DNA of 64,000 nt from Cyanobacteria bacterium P01_A01_bin.123. Its GTDB lineage: Bacteria; Cyanobacteriota; Cyanobacteriia; Phormidesmidales; Phormidesmidaceae. A program made the position numbers and the translations under genes. A model generated the notes under the pieces. The model was given only the letters and a program-made list of their open reading frames with translations. It was not told the DNA's origin and ran no database searches. The DNA lies in contig JBCBZT010000001.1 in assembly GCA_039815185.1 (NCBI GenBank), positions 128,001 through 192,000 on the forward strand, given 5' to 3'. Shown in pieces: positions 30,717 to 41,559 of the stretch; within the stretch, counting starts at the first letter, position 1; each line of letters begins with the position of its first letter.

Positions 30717-30932
30717 CTAAAACGCTGTCAGATCCAGTTCGGCATCGGTCAAAGCCTCTAGGCCTACCTGGACTAGCCTGACTTGGAGGTACTTGCTGCA
30801 ATAGAGGCTGGATTGCTTAAAGCGGGGATTGGGTTTACCCGTCAGGGCATCTTGTTCGGCATAGGCCTCTAGGTATTCTGGTGTCGGGGCTGGGTTGGAA
30901 CGAAACTTAGAAAACGAGTCTAGGGGCAACAT
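30717..30932 (-). CDS. Small hypothetical protein
   Basis: 71-aa ORF from ATG, co-oriented with the cyclase gene. Confidence 0.5.
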   Translation of the reverse strand: MLPLDSFSKFRSNPAPTPEYLEAYAEQDALTGKPNPRFKQSSLYCSKYLQVRLVQVGLEALTDAELDLTAF

Positions 30933-31011
30933 AGGCACAGATAGGCAGCTGAAATAATCCCATTTAAGGTATCGGGATTCCCCGATATAGCTGGGTTTAA
31001 TTCCAAAAACC

Positions 31012-32964
31012 TTAAGGCTTGGTGTGGAGTTTAAGGTGAAATCGCAGGTCTTGTTGGACTTGTTGGTAAAAGGCATCGTCTTGCCCCTTCAGGCCCACCA
31101 GGCTGTACACCTGAACGGCGTCTTGTTCTCGTCCGTGGAGGCGATGGGCACCCATATCAATGGCCTCCACATCCTCTCTGACTTGATCATAGAGCGCCTG
31201 GGTAATCAAAATGTCGGTACCCAACTGCTTTGTTAACCCTTCGATGCGACTGGCTACATTTACTGTGTCACCGATTACCGTATATTCCAATCGCTGTACT
31301 GAGCCAATGTTGCCCGCGATCACTTCCCCAAAGCTAATGCCAATGCCATGGAAAAACAAAGGCTTCCCGGCTGCTTTTTGCTGTTCACGTAACTCGGCTA
31401 GGGCTTGGCGCATCGCTAAGGCCGCATAGATGGCGTTGATAGCATCTTCATAGGGGCCTTGGGAAGTAGGGGAGCCAAATTCTGCCATAACGGCATCGCC
31501 AATAAATTTATCGACGGTGCCGCGATAGCGCAAAATCGCTTCTACCATGGCGTTGAGGTAGACGTTGAGTTGGGCCACCATCTGCTCAGCCTCAAGCTGG
31601 TAAGATAGGCGACTAAAGCCGCGAATATCGGAAAAGAGGACTGCCGCTTTTAACCGTTTGCCCACCAGCAAAACTCGAAAGTCATCGGGCTGATTGAGAA
31701 TTTCATCAACGACCGAACTCGCCACGTAACGTTCTAGGGTGCGACGGACGCGGCGGCGTTCCAGGCGATCGCTAATTGCCCCAGTTAGCTGATACGACAA
31801 CCCCGTAAAGGCCATCATGACTGTCGGGATGGCTACGGGTAACAGACGATTACCGTAGACATAGCTGAGATAAACGACACCGCCCCAGGCTACCGTCACC
31901 CCCACAAACACCAAAGTTCGAAGTAGCGGTCGGTGCAAGCTTTGCCCCAGGGTTATGCCCAAGACCCCGACACTGATAAACACCAGAAAACCGCGCAAGG
32001 GGGCATTGGGAATCGCCTGGGCGATCGCCCGGTTTTCGAGCATCGTTCCCACAATACTGGCATGAACCTCAATGCCTGGCATCACTTCAGATGTGGGCGT
32101 CCGCTTAAAATCTTGTAGTGAGGTTGCTGTCGCCCCAATCAATACGATTTTGTCGCGAAATACCTGCTGATCGAGGTGTAGTAACCAATTCTCCGGCTCA
32201 AAAACATGCCAAAAGGGAACTTGTGGAAACGTTTCGGCTGGGCCATAGAAGAAAATTCCATCCCCTCGGTCGGGTAAAACCTCGGTTCCAGCGACTGCTA
32301 AAGCCGCATTGCCAAAGGCCAGGGATTCCTCGGCGGGAAACGCCACATCTATAAAATGCTGGGGCAATTGGCGGATACGGGTGTCTAAATCGGCTTGGAT
32401 ATTGATCAGACCTTTGGTAAAAGTATCAGGGGGGTAATAGGGCGATACAAAATTGATTAATCTTCCACCAGTGCTATTAGAAGATTCGTAAGCACTGGCT
32501 AACACTACGCGATCGCCGTAGCGGTCTAAAGTCGCTTCTAAAATAGCGTCATCTTCAGCGCCATAGCTGCTGGGGTCTATCAGCAAAATATCGACGGCGA
32601 TCGCTTTAGCCCCGGCTTCAACTAACCGTTCAATGACCAGGGCATAGGCCCGTCGCTGAAAAGGCCAAGCCTGGATCGGTTCGAGTTGGGGATAGGTATC
32701 AGGGCTACTTTGGTAAAACCCGCCCTGTAACAATGACTCGTCATCAATGGCTAAGATCACGATCTCATCCGGTGTTGCCACTGGCCCACGCATTCGCAGC
32801 ATAAATGATTGCGCTAACCCTTCTATCCCTTTGACGACGGGCAAATCAGCCGCGATCGCCACCCCCCCCAATACTGCCCACAGCCCCATGAGCAGGTGTC
32901 CCAAACGGCTTGCTCGGGGCTGTGCTGTCGGGGAAACTGATTTTCGAGCAAACCACCGCGCCAT
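31012..32964 (-). CDS. CHASE2-domain class III adenylate cyclase
   Basis: CHASE2 (IVILAIDDES, WPFQR, KIVLIG, MPGIEVHA), 3 TM, FSDIRGFS, DKFIGDA, YTVIGDTVNVASRIE. Confidence 0.93.
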   Translation of the reverse strand: MARWFARKSVSPTAQPRASRLGHLLMGLWAVLGGVAIAADLPVVKGIEGLAQSFMLRMRGPVATPDEIVILAIDDESLLQGGFYQSSPDTYPQLEPIQAWPFQRRAYALVIERLVEAGAKAIAVDILLIDPSSYGAEDDAILEATLDRYGDRVVLASAYESSNSTGGRLINFVSPYYPPDTFTKGLINIQADLDTRIRQLPQHFIDVAFPAEESLAFGNAALAVAGTEVLPDRGDGIFFYGPAETFPQVPFWHVFEPENWLLHLDQQVFRDKIVLIGATATSLQDFKRTPTSEVMPGIEVHASIVGTMLENRAIAQAIPNAPLRGFLVFISVGVLGITLGQSLHRPLLRTLVFVGVTVAWGGVVYLSYVYGNRLLPVAIPTVMMAFTGLSYQLTGAISDRLERRRVRRTLERYVASSVVDEILNQPDDFRVLLVGKRLKAAVLFSDIRGFSRLSYQLEAEQMVAQLNVYLNAMVEAILRYRGTVDKFIGDAVMAEFGSPTSQGPYEDAINAIYAALAMRQALAELREQQKAAGKPLFFHGIGISFGEVIAGNIGSVQRLEYTVIGDTVNVASRIEGLTKQLGTDILITQALYDQVREDVEAIDMGAHRLHGREQDAVQVYSLVGLKGQDDAFYQQVQQDLRFHLKLHTKP

Positions 32965-33062
32965 AGCAACTTTGTAAAAAACGGCTCTACACGAGAATCA
33001 TTCAGGGAACTGACGGAATCGGGTTGGGGACATCAGGCCCGCTTAAGCAAGAAATTGCAGAA

Positions 33063-34097
33063 TCAATATAACGCCCGGGGGAAGATTTCAGGAATAGGCA
33101 CCGCTGGGAAAGGGATTTCGGGAAAGAGGGTTTCAAAGCTGCGGCGCAAATCACCCATGCCAGGAATCTCTCGGCTAAATTCGTTTAGTAATGCACCAGA
33201 CAACAGTGCTTCAAAATCCTCAGCGGTTAAGAGACTCACTGTTGCTTCACGTTCTCCGCCAGCTAGGGTCAACTGCTGTCCCGCTTCTAAAGTAATAGAG
33301 TCATCAGTCAAATCAACAGTTTCCGCTTCACGCCTCCCCGCATCGCCTGCTTCCGTATCCCCAGTCTCAACTCCAGGGTCATCGACTGAGTCGCCACCGA
33401 CTGGGGGAATGGGCAAGTCGTCAATGCTGCCAGGGCCGGGCCAACCGGGCAATTGTTTAGTCAGACGCGGCTGAAAATCTTCGGGCATATCGATTTCTGA
33501 CTGCTTGGTTTCTTCTAGCGGATTGATGTCTGGTATCGGTGGTATGCCCTCTGGATTTTCTAAATGGGAGCTGACGACCACCTCCCCTTCAAATACTTGA
33601 ATGGTTTCCTGACCCGCGTCGTTGACTTCCAAAGTGTACAGGGTACCGCGGACCCCCGCTAGGGTGGATTGAGTACAGCCGTTCATAGCACCGTTTACCA
33701 ACACTGTCCCCCGGCGCAGTTGGGCACAGTCACCCACCGTAAGCCTGGAGTTTTGGGCTAGGCGGGCGATCGCGCCAGTGTTAAATTGCAGTTCCGCCCG
33801 TGATTGCCCAGTCCGCACCTGCTGTTGTTGTTGGGCCACACTGTTGACACGCGCCTGTCGATTTTGAATATAAACCTGGTTCCCATCTAGAATCTCTGTG
33901 ATTGTGGCCCGCGACACCTGAGCGTTGACTGATGTCATCAGTAAACTAGCCATCAGTAGTCCTAGCACTAGGCCAAACCCAAACCGATATCCAAACTGAT
34001 GCCGCCAACTTAGACGCGTTGCTTTCAGATGTGCTACTTGAGAACGATAACCTGAACTATCTGTCCTAGGCTGCCTGAGCCATCGATTCAGTTGCAT
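33063..34097 (-). CDS. FecR-domain exported protein
   Basis: Signal/TM segment, VRTGQSRAELQF, AGVRGT, VFEGEV. Confidence 0.8.
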   Translation of the reverse strand: MQLNRWLRQPRTDSSGYRSQVAHLKATRLSWRHQFGYRFGFGLVLGLLMASLLMTSVNAQVSRATITEILDGNQVYIQNRQARVNSVAQQQQQVRTGQSRAELQFNTGAIARLAQNSRLTVGDCAQLRRGTVLVNGAMNGCTQSTLAGVRGTLYTLEVNDAGQETIQVFEGEVVVSSHLENPEGIPPIPDINPLEETKQSEIDMPEDFQPRLTKQLPGWPGPGSIDDLPIPPVGGDSVDDPGVETGDTEAGDAGRREAETVDLTDDSITLEAGQQLTLAGGEREATVSLLTAEDFEALLSGALLNEFSREIPGMGDLRRSFETLFPEIPFPAVPIPEIFPRALY

Positions 34098-34201
34098 TGT
34101 CTAGACCTACTATCAAACTAAACCTGCTATTAAATCGCCATGTTGCACACTGATGCTTTATTCAATCGGTCATATTGTCGGTCAGAAAAAAACTTGAAGA
34201 C

Positions 34202-35587
34202 TTAAAAGAGCGGTAGTGTAAAGTCAAAGGAAATGCCGAAAATTGTGTCGTTAAACTGCACTGTCGATTGAGACGAGCGACCAAAACTAAATCCGCTATA
34301 GAGTCGGATGTTTGTATTGGCAGACACACGATAGGCTAGATTTCCCAAGATTTGATGGTAAGTGTCATATCGACCTTGGCGAGTAAAATCAGCCAAGGTC
34401 AATTGATAATTCAATCCAGTCTGAAATGCTGGGCTAATGTCGTAGGTCAGCGACACCCCTAGAATTTGCACGAGACGACTAAAATCATCGGGATCAGCAA
34501 AGCCTAAACTAACTTGGTAACGACTGTTGAGGTACAAGTTGGGAAGCAGTGGATCAGTACGGCCCAAAGCTAAACTAAGGTTGTGGTTGTTATAGAACTG
34601 GTCGGTAAACCCAGCTCGATAAAGCTGTTGATTGCTCCAGCCTAGTTGTCCATAAGTCTTAGCATCGAACTGTTGAAAGATGCTAGCGGCAAAGCCAAGT
34701 TCGTCATAGCTCGCGACCCCGGTGTTGAAATAGCGCAACAATCCTGCACTCAGAGAACCTACAAAATAGGTACTTGGGCCTAACCGAGGCGTGACTAACA
34801 AAGACACTCTCGGGTTAATAAAAGAATCCCCAGTGGGGTCAAGTTCAAAAAAAATGTTGTCGCTTGTCAGGTAGTTAACCTGCCCTTGTAAAAAAACAAA
34901 GGGTTCCGACCCAGAGGGGGGTGGGGGTGGGGGTGGCACAATCGGTTCAAGCCGAAATTCCCCCAATTCAGGATCCCCCTCTCCAATCGTTGCCTCTGCC
35001 TCAGGGGAGTCGTCTAGATCCAGCGAATTTGTTGGGAAAGCGTCAGCAGGGGCTTGAGCCAAAGTGGGTAGCGGTAGATTGGCATCTAGCGGGGCCACTT
35101 CAATGCTGCGATCATCGAAAGCCAAAGACGATACTGCTGTGGATGTGAGTACCGGGGTCGCGATCTGGAAATCACCAAAGTAGACGGATGGGAATGAGTC
35201 CTGCGATCGCGGCTTGCCCGTCAACTCAAACGGCTTCCCCTCTACCCGGGCCGTAGGATACGCCAAAGCTGAGGAGAAATCCAAGCGCTTAATCAGGGCA
35301 ACCCGTGTAGCCGAGACACCAGACCAGGATGCCTCAACGCTGGAGGTTGAGGCGGTTGAGGCGGTTGAGGCGGTTGAGGCTGGGTGGGTCTGCCCGTTGC
35401 CGGGCTGAGCCTTTGGGGATGATGTAGCAGCTACACTAACTTCGCCAACAAAACTCATTAACCCCGAGATCAAGAGAGTACTCGTGCCCCAATGAACCCA
35501 TCGATCTGATCGCAGTTTTAGCCTGACAGGGGTACTCAATTGATGGCAGGCTAATATTTTGGCCGCGGGGCATAGTCTATTTAACAC
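34202..35587 (-). CDS. Putative outer-membrane beta-barrel protein with low-complexity N-terminal region
   Basis: After a poly-Pro linker, alternating amphipathic strands ending FGISFDFTLPLF (terminal Phe). Confidence 0.65.
   Translation of the reverse strand: MLNRLCPAAKILACHQLSTPVRLKLRSDRWVHWGTSTLLISGLMSFVGEVSVAATSSPKAQPGNGQTHPASTASTASTASTSSVEASWSGVSATRVALIKRLDFSSALAYPTARVEGKPFELTGKPRSQDSFPSVYFGDFQIATPVLTSTAVSSLAFDDRSIEVAPLDANLPLPTLAQAPADAFPTNSLDLDDSPEAEATIGEGDPELGEFRLEPIVPPPPPPPSGSEPFVFLQGQVNYLTSDNIFFELDPTGDSFINPRVSLLVTPRLGPSTYFVGSLSAGLLRYFNTGVASYDELGFAASIFQQFDAKTYGQLGWSNQQLYRAGFTDQFYNNHNLSLALGRTDPLLPNLYLNSRYQVSLGFADPDDFSRLVQILGVSLTYDISPAFQTGLNYQLTLADFTRQGRYDTYHQILGNLAYRVSANTNIRLYSGFSFGRSSQSTVQFNDTIFGISFDFTLPLF
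35345..35380 (-). repeat. 9-bp coding tandem repeat x4 (AST)
   Basis: ggttgaggc x4. Confidence 0.85.
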
Positions 35588-36235
35588 AAGTGACTCCTCA
35601 AACCAGATAGACCACCTCGGCTACTTGCTAGTGTTGCCCTACCCCTTGGGGGCTTGGAGCAGGCAACAGAAACCGTTTGTGGTAGTACACACCTTTTCCA
35701 ACGCACTACTTCACTGGCAAATCAGCATAATTCGCAAAAAACAGAATTTTTGATGAATTTTATCTATTTATCGTGTCAGATCAAAGATTGTGAGGTCATT
35801 GGACTCCCCTTAGAAAACCTACTACTTCAATCAGATAAAACGTCTATTGCACCGCTGAGAGGTCTTAAGGGGTGAGCAAGTTAAGCCATATTGCTGATTG
35901 TCAAGGTTGGATCTTCAGGACTTTTCCAATCAAGCTTGACGGTTGCAGACTGCCTCCTCAATTTTGCTCATCCGATGCCTGACTTAAATAGACATTATTT
36001 AGTCATTCATCGAATCAAGCTTTGTTGACGCCTGGTCAAGTTTAGAAGTTTCTATGGGGACAATTAAATCAACACTATACAGACAAAAAACGGTAAATCG
36101 GTTATATAGGAGTTAGCTCAGTGGAAACACTCACGTACTCGTCACTGGCAATCTTGCGCTCTTGAGTGACTAATATTTATTGATCTGATTTCCCTGCCCG
36201 CTAAATAAGTGCAGCTTATTTTGAATCGGAAGGTA

Positions 36236-37429
36236 ATGCCAATGCTCCGTTATTCCTTGATTTACATAACAGGCATTTGTTGGGCCCTAGCCAGTGTTTT
36301 GCTACCCGGTGTTGCCAAAGCTCAAGCCTTAACGCGGGCTCGGGTTGAGGGTATTCGCAATCGAGTTGAGTTGATTCCTCAGGGGCGTAATGCTCGGCGA
36401 GCACAGGTTTCTGATGTTATGGGTGTCGGAGATGCGCTGAGAACTGCAGCTTCTTCCCAAGCGGAATTACGGTTCAATGACGGGTCGTTAGCACGGGTCG
36501 GCGAACGAGCAACGTTTAGATTTGTCCCCAACACCCGAAATTTTAGGCTGTCCAATGGAACAGTACTCTTGCTTGTACCGCCGGGTCGGGGCCGCACCAA
36601 TATTCAGACGCCTAATGCCGTTACCGGAATTCAAGGGTCAGGGGTGTTTTGTCGCTATGATGCTGCCACGGACACAACCATTGTAGGCGCCTTAACAGAC
36701 AGCGCATTGGGGCCTATGGTGGTATCTAATCGAGATGGGTCGGAAATGCTCCCCCTTAACGGCGGCGAGATGGCGGTGATTCAAAATGATCGGATTGTGG
36801 GCCACTATCGCTTTTCTTTAGATGACTTTAGTCGCACCAACACTATTGCCAGAGGTCTAGACTTATTTAACCCACCCGCTGACGAGCAACCCAACGCAGA
36901 TGGCCTAGATGGGGTGCGATCAGAAGTTGCTGACGCATCCAGCAATCAATCTTCCTTTGAAGGGCCTGACGTCACTCTCAGTACAGGCTTTATGGGTCTG
37001 AGTGAGCCCAGCAATAGCGTCGAAATTGGAGAAATTGAGTTTGCAGTCATTCCTGAAGATCCCTTTGCTGGATTGCCGCCGACAGGGAGTCTGGGACAGG
37101 ATCCTGCGTCGGGTGTAACCGCCTTACCAGGAGGTTCCCAAGTTGGGGATAGCCCAACACTCCCCCCTGGATTGCTGGGTAGTGACGGGCCTTCAACGGG
37201 GGGTGGCGCTGACCAACCGACTATGCCTGTGGGTCACCCCCCTCGTCCAGTTGTTCCCCCTGGTCCAATCGATAATCCGGTTGATACCCCAAATATTTCG
37301 CCCAGTAACCCTGTGACTTCCCCACCTGTTCCGCTCAGTGACCCTGTGACTTCCCCTGGACAAGTTGACAACCCTGGCAACCGACCGGTTGTTCCCCCTG
37401 GGCAAATTGATAATCCGGTAGAGCCCTAG
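36236..37429 (+). CDS. FecR-domain exported protein with Pro-rich repeat tail
   Basis: Signal peptide (AKA), GDALRT, AELRFNDGSLARVG, IQTPNAVTGIQG; PVVPPG.IDNP repeats. Confidence 0.85.
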   Translation: MPMLRYSLIYITGICWALASVLLPGVAKAQALTRARVEGIRNRVELIPQGRNARRAQVSDVMGVGDALRTAASSQAELRFNDGSLARVGERATFRFVPNTRNFRLSNGTVLLLVPPGRGRTNIQTPNAVTGIQGSGVFCRYDAATDTTIVGALTDSALGPMVVSNRDGSEMLPLNGGEMAVIQNDRIVGHYRFSLDDFSRTNTIARGLDLFNPPADEQPNADGLDGVRSEVADASSNQSSFEGPDVTLSTGFMGLSEPSNSVEIGEIEFAVIPEDPFAGLPPTGSLGQDPASGVTALPGGSQVGDSPTLPPGLLGSDGPSTGGGADQPTMPVGHPPRPVVPPGPIDNPVDTPNISPSNPVTSPPVPLSDPVTSPGQVDNPGNRPVVPPGQIDNPVEP

Positions 37430-37514
37430 GGGTAACGATAAGCCTGCTTTAGGATTACCGATACTCCAAGTTGAAGGGTGGTTTCAAGGTTGACAACCTA
37501 GCTCCATCCCCAAT

Positions 37515-37619
37515 TATAGCGCTGGCCAGATTGCTTAATGCACCGAGTATCGCTGGGATGCTCAGTACAAAAGCAATCTGGCTCGCGGTAGCGCACAAAG
37601 CTTTGTGGCTACCGCTATA
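37515..37619 (-). repeat. 105-bp MITE/REP-like element, copy 2
   Basis: Inverted copy of 16342-16446. Confidence 0.85.
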
Positions 37620-37654
37620 ACTCTCGCTGAGGCTTGGTTGATTGGGGATTCAGA

Positions 37655-40087
37655 TCAATTATCAAGGGGGGCATAATCTTTACCCCAATCTTCGGGCAGG
37701 ATTTTTGTTGTGCTGTCTTCGGCAGGCTCAGTTTCATGGGTATCCGAGATCTCCTCGGAGTCCTGGTGCTTAGGGAAATTACTGGGTTGGGTTGAGTTCT
37801 TGAGGGGGAGGAGCGTTTTCTGAGCTTGATTCGGTAGGGCATTACAATCAATCTGGCTAAGATCGTCAATCACCGCTTGGGCCGATGGATAACGATTGCT
37901 GAAGTCATAACGCACCATTTTGTTTAGCAGGGCTGCCAAATGCAGATTAAGATGGGGCACTCGATGCATCCACAGGATTTCGCCTTTACCATCGCGTTCA
38001 AGGGACTTAGGTGCAGCTCCGGTTAGGGCTTCAATGGCGGTGACTCCTAAGGCATAGATATCGCTGCTCAAATTGGGGATTCCTGAGGATTGCTCGCTGG
38101 GCATGTAGCCTTGGGTACCAATGCCGATAGTCGAGGTAACTTTGGCACTCGTGTCGGTGAACTGATTGGAAATCTGCTTAACGGCACCAAAATCGATCAA
38201 GACTAAACGATTATCGTGGTGCCGACGAATGATGTTGGATGGCTTAATGTCACGGTGAATGACCCCTTGCTGATGCACAAAGGCAATCACGGGCAGCAGG
38301 TCTTGGAGCAGTTCAACGACTTTGCGTTGAGCTAGGGGTTTGCACCGGACTAATTCATCCCGCAGTAGTTCACCCTCAATCATCTCTTGTACCAGATAGA
38401 AAGAGTGGTTGGCTTCAAAGTACGCCAGTAGCCGAGGAATTTGGTCGTGTTGCCCGAGGTGTTCGAGGGTTTCAGCTTCGCTGACAAATAGCCGCTGAGC
38501 TAATTTGTAGATCTTGGGGTTGTCGCTGACAATTTTGAGTTCTTTGACAACGCAGGTGGGACGTTGGGGGCGTTGCAAATCTTGGGCCACGTAGGTTTCA
38601 CTAAAGCCTCCAGCCCCCAACAGTTGGACAATCAAGTAGCGATCGCCCAAGACCCGACCCACCACCTTTTCTGCCCGTGCCCTGAGTAAGTCCTGAAAAT
38701 CATTTTGTTGGCTGATAATTTCTTGCACGATGGGAGAGGTGACGTACTGAGCTAGGGTCCGGCGAAGCTGCTGTTTTTGGAGCTGAGCTGCGACTAGGCT
38801 GGCCACAAAGTTGGAGATACCGACGACCGCGATCGCGATCATTGGTGCCCCAAAAGGCAAAAACACATTGCCCATCACAAAGCCCAAATACCCCATCACT
38901 AGCCATACAACCATAGCTCCAGCCGTTGCGCTCAGGCGTACCAGGGGGCGATTGATCCGGCGTAGCCCGACCCCGATGCCAATTCCCAAAACGACAATGA
39001 TCATGCCCTGCTGCCACGGTTGTTGGCCCACGCTAACCACGGCGTTGCCTGCAGCTAACGTAGCTACATCATTGGCCAAAATCTCAACCCCTGGCATGGC
39101 AAAAGGATAGAGAAAGCTTTCAGAAAAAGGAGCGGCGTGGAAATCCTGATGCAGTTGGGCAGTGGTGCCAATCAGCACAATTTTGTCTTTAAAGTAGGCC
39201 CCAGATTGGAGGATATTCTGCCATGGATCAGGATCAATCACATACCAAAAGGGGATGTGCTCAAAAGTTTGACTCGGGCCATGGAAGTAAATGTTATTAC
39301 CCCGGGGGCTTGGGGCCTTAATTTGAGCCGCTTGCAGCGTTGCCTCGGCAAAACTCTGGGCCGTGGTTAGATCATCTTCAATCGTGCTGACGGCGTTAAT
39401 GTCGGCATTCAGAGCGCGCTGCTGAATCAGATAATCCCGTCCCTGGCGATGGATGCGCCCATCTTCATCAATCGGAAACTGAATTGCCCCCAGATGTGCA
39501 GGGGTATCCCGCAGCAGCGGAATGGGTAGGGTGGACTTGCTGACTTCGCCCGGGCCTAAAGTCGTTGATCCGTAAGTGGCGGCTAGTACGACGCGATCGC
39601 CATGGCGATCGAGCACGGCCTTGAGGGCCTGATCATCAGCTTCTCCATAACCGCTGGGCGAAGCCAATACCACATCTAAGGCGACTGCCTTGGCCCCAGC
39701 CTCAATCAGTTTCTCAATGGCAATGGCGTAGGCTTGGCGTTGCCAGGGCCACTGCTGAATCGGCGCTAGCGCCGCGTGCTCTGCTGGGTTGGTGAGGTAG
39801 TGTTCACCCTGAGCAAGGGATTCTTCATCAATAGTGACAATCACAACATCGTCTGGTGCGGCGATTGGGCCTCGGAGTTCAAAAAATAAGGTTTGAATCT
39901 GCCTGTCCCAAAGGTGAATGGGTCTGAAATCTAGACTGACTGCCGTTGTGACGATGAGTAAACAACTGCCAGTAAACCAGTATGTCCAGTGCGGAAGTGA
40001 AAGCCGCCAACGCCAGCGGCGACGGGATTGCCTGATCTCGGAACGAAGCGTTGTGGTTTCAGGAGACAACGGCATAGAACGACCCAA
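37655..40087 (-). CDS. CHASE2-domain Ser/Thr protein kinase
   Basis: CHASE2 (IDEES, WPWQR, KIVLIG, MPGVEILA), TMs, LGAGGF, HRDIKPSN, DFG. Confidence 0.92.
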   Translation of the reverse strand: MGRSMPLSPETTTLRSEIRQSRRRWRWRLSLPHWTYWFTGSCLLIVTTAVSLDFRPIHLWDRQIQTLFFELRGPIAAPDDVVIVTIDEESLAQGEHYLTNPAEHAALAPIQQWPWQRQAYAIAIEKLIEAGAKAVALDVVLASPSGYGEADDQALKAVLDRHGDRVVLAATYGSTTLGPGEVSKSTLPIPLLRDTPAHLGAIQFPIDEDGRIHRQGRDYLIQQRALNADINAVSTIEDDLTTAQSFAEATLQAAQIKAPSPRGNNIYFHGPSQTFEHIPFWYVIDPDPWQNILQSGAYFKDKIVLIGTTAQLHQDFHAAPFSESFLYPFAMPGVEILANDVATLAAGNAVVSVGQQPWQQGMIIVVLGIGIGVGLRRINRPLVRLSATAGAMVVWLVMGYLGFVMGNVFLPFGAPMIAIAVVGISNFVASLVAAQLQKQQLRRTLAQYVTSPIVQEIISQQNDFQDLLRARAEKVVGRVLGDRYLIVQLLGAGGFSETYVAQDLQRPQRPTCVVKELKIVSDNPKIYKLAQRLFVSEAETLEHLGQHDQIPRLLAYFEANHSFYLVQEMIEGELLRDELVRCKPLAQRKVVELLQDLLPVIAFVHQQGVIHRDIKPSNIIRRHHDNRLVLIDFGAVKQISNQFTDTSAKVTSTIGIGTQGYMPSEQSSGIPNLSSDIYALGVTAIEALTGAAPKSLERDGKGEILWMHRVPHLNLHLAALLNKMVRYDFSNRYPSAQAVIDDLSQIDCNALPNQAQKTLLPLKNSTQPSNFPKHQDSEEISDTHETEPAEDSTTKILPEDWGKDYAPLDN

Positions 40088-40876
40088 TAGCAGTGGTAGC
40101 AGTCATGATCAGCAATTCAGCAACCCGAGTGATATGCACGCCCTTGGCCTAGCTAAGCTAGCATTGTTTACCTAGTCAAGCTAATATAGCAAGTCTGCAA
40201 CGGGTCACGCACACGCTGGAATACTTGCCTCCAAGATATCGTGTTGACCCATTATGTTCTTTAGAATCTATTCGGAGCTTTCTTCTTGTGTCTATGGAGA
40301 TCCAACACGTCTGAAAACAGAGGTCTATAATATGAATGAGTTATGAGTTACTGCTTACCAATAATTCTTGATGCCTAATGGGGAGCTGTTAGTCAATTTG
40401 AATTTGAGCAGTTGGGCAACCCATAGTGTCTAGACATGCTACTTTGCGTAAGCTTATAGCTTTGTTACTGGTCTTGAGTTAGACCTAGCACTAATTCCTA
40501 CATAGACGCTTAGCTTTACATACCTCTGTAAGGTCACAGTTCAGGATAATTTGATTAGCGTTTTGCTTTTTAGCTTGGCAGTGTGCTTGCTGAACCGCAT
40601 CCAGTTTGAAAACTTGAGTTTTTAACTGAGAAAAAACTACAGGTCTGGATGTGATTAAGGTTTACTTAGGCAAGTTGCACTGTTTTTTTGGTATTAATTG
40701 CCAAATCCTGAAAGTTGTGGGTGGGTGAATTTTAAACGTGTTCATTATCGGCGTTAACCGCTTAAGGAGTCGCGTTAACTCAATTCGGCAGACTCAGTTT
40801 GTTTTATGGATAAGTTCCATCAGTGCATTGTTATCGTGTGATTGTTCTTTTGAAGTGGGTACTTTAATTCTTTTGT

Positions 40877-41404
40877 ATGGCTGCTAACCATCTAAATCGA
40901 CTTTCTATTTTTGTAGACGGCAATAATATGTTCTATGCCCAGCAAAAGAATGGCTGGTTTTTTGACCCAAAGCGGGTGTTGGAATATTTTTTACGTGAGG
41001 CAAACGGGGTAACCCTGGTTAATGCTTTTTGGTATACGGGATTGAAAGATCCTCAGGATCAGCGCGGATTCCGCGATGCGTTGATTAGTCTGGGCTATAC
41101 GGTGCGCACCAAATTTCTAAAAGAGTATTACGACGACAATTCAGGTCGCTATTCTCAAAAAGCTAATTTGGATATCGAAATTGTGATTGATATGTTCAAT
41201 ACCGTCGATCAATACGATCGGGTGGTGCTGTTTAGCGGCGACGGCGATTTTGAACGGGCGATTGAGCTACTGCGCTCCAAAAATACCCACATCACTGTCG
41301 TTTCGACTGAAGGGATGATTGCCCGCGAACTGCGTAATGCCGCTGATCGCTACATTGACCTCAATTCAGTACGCCGCCACATAGAAAAAGCGGAACATTT
41401 TTAG
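40877..41404 (+). CDS. LabA/DUF88 NYN-domain protein
   Basis: IFVDGNN, KANLD, FSGDGDF. Confidence 0.9.
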   Translation: MAANHLNRLSIFVDGNNMFYAQQKNGWFFDPKRVLEYFLREANGVTLVNAFWYTGLKDPQDQRGFRDALISLGYTVRTKFLKEYYDDNSGRYSQKANLDIEIVIDMFNTVDQYDRVVLFSGDGDFERAIELLRSKNTHITVVSTEGMIARELRNAADRYIDLNSVRRHIEKAEHF

Positions 41405-41559
41405 CGGTAGGGTGACCGCCCAGGGGATGGAAACTGGCTAAAATGATTTAAGCTTCGACCACATCCAGCTTCATAGTTCTACCTTGAGTAAAACCCAGTT
41501 TTTAAGCAGGATGTGGTTGATTTTGCATTCTCCCTTAGCGTTATTCAAACCAGATCGCG

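Noticed and set aside
36105..36180. tRNA-like start (ggagttagctcagtgg)
   Set aside because: No T-arm TTCRA motif, acceptor stem or cloverleaf
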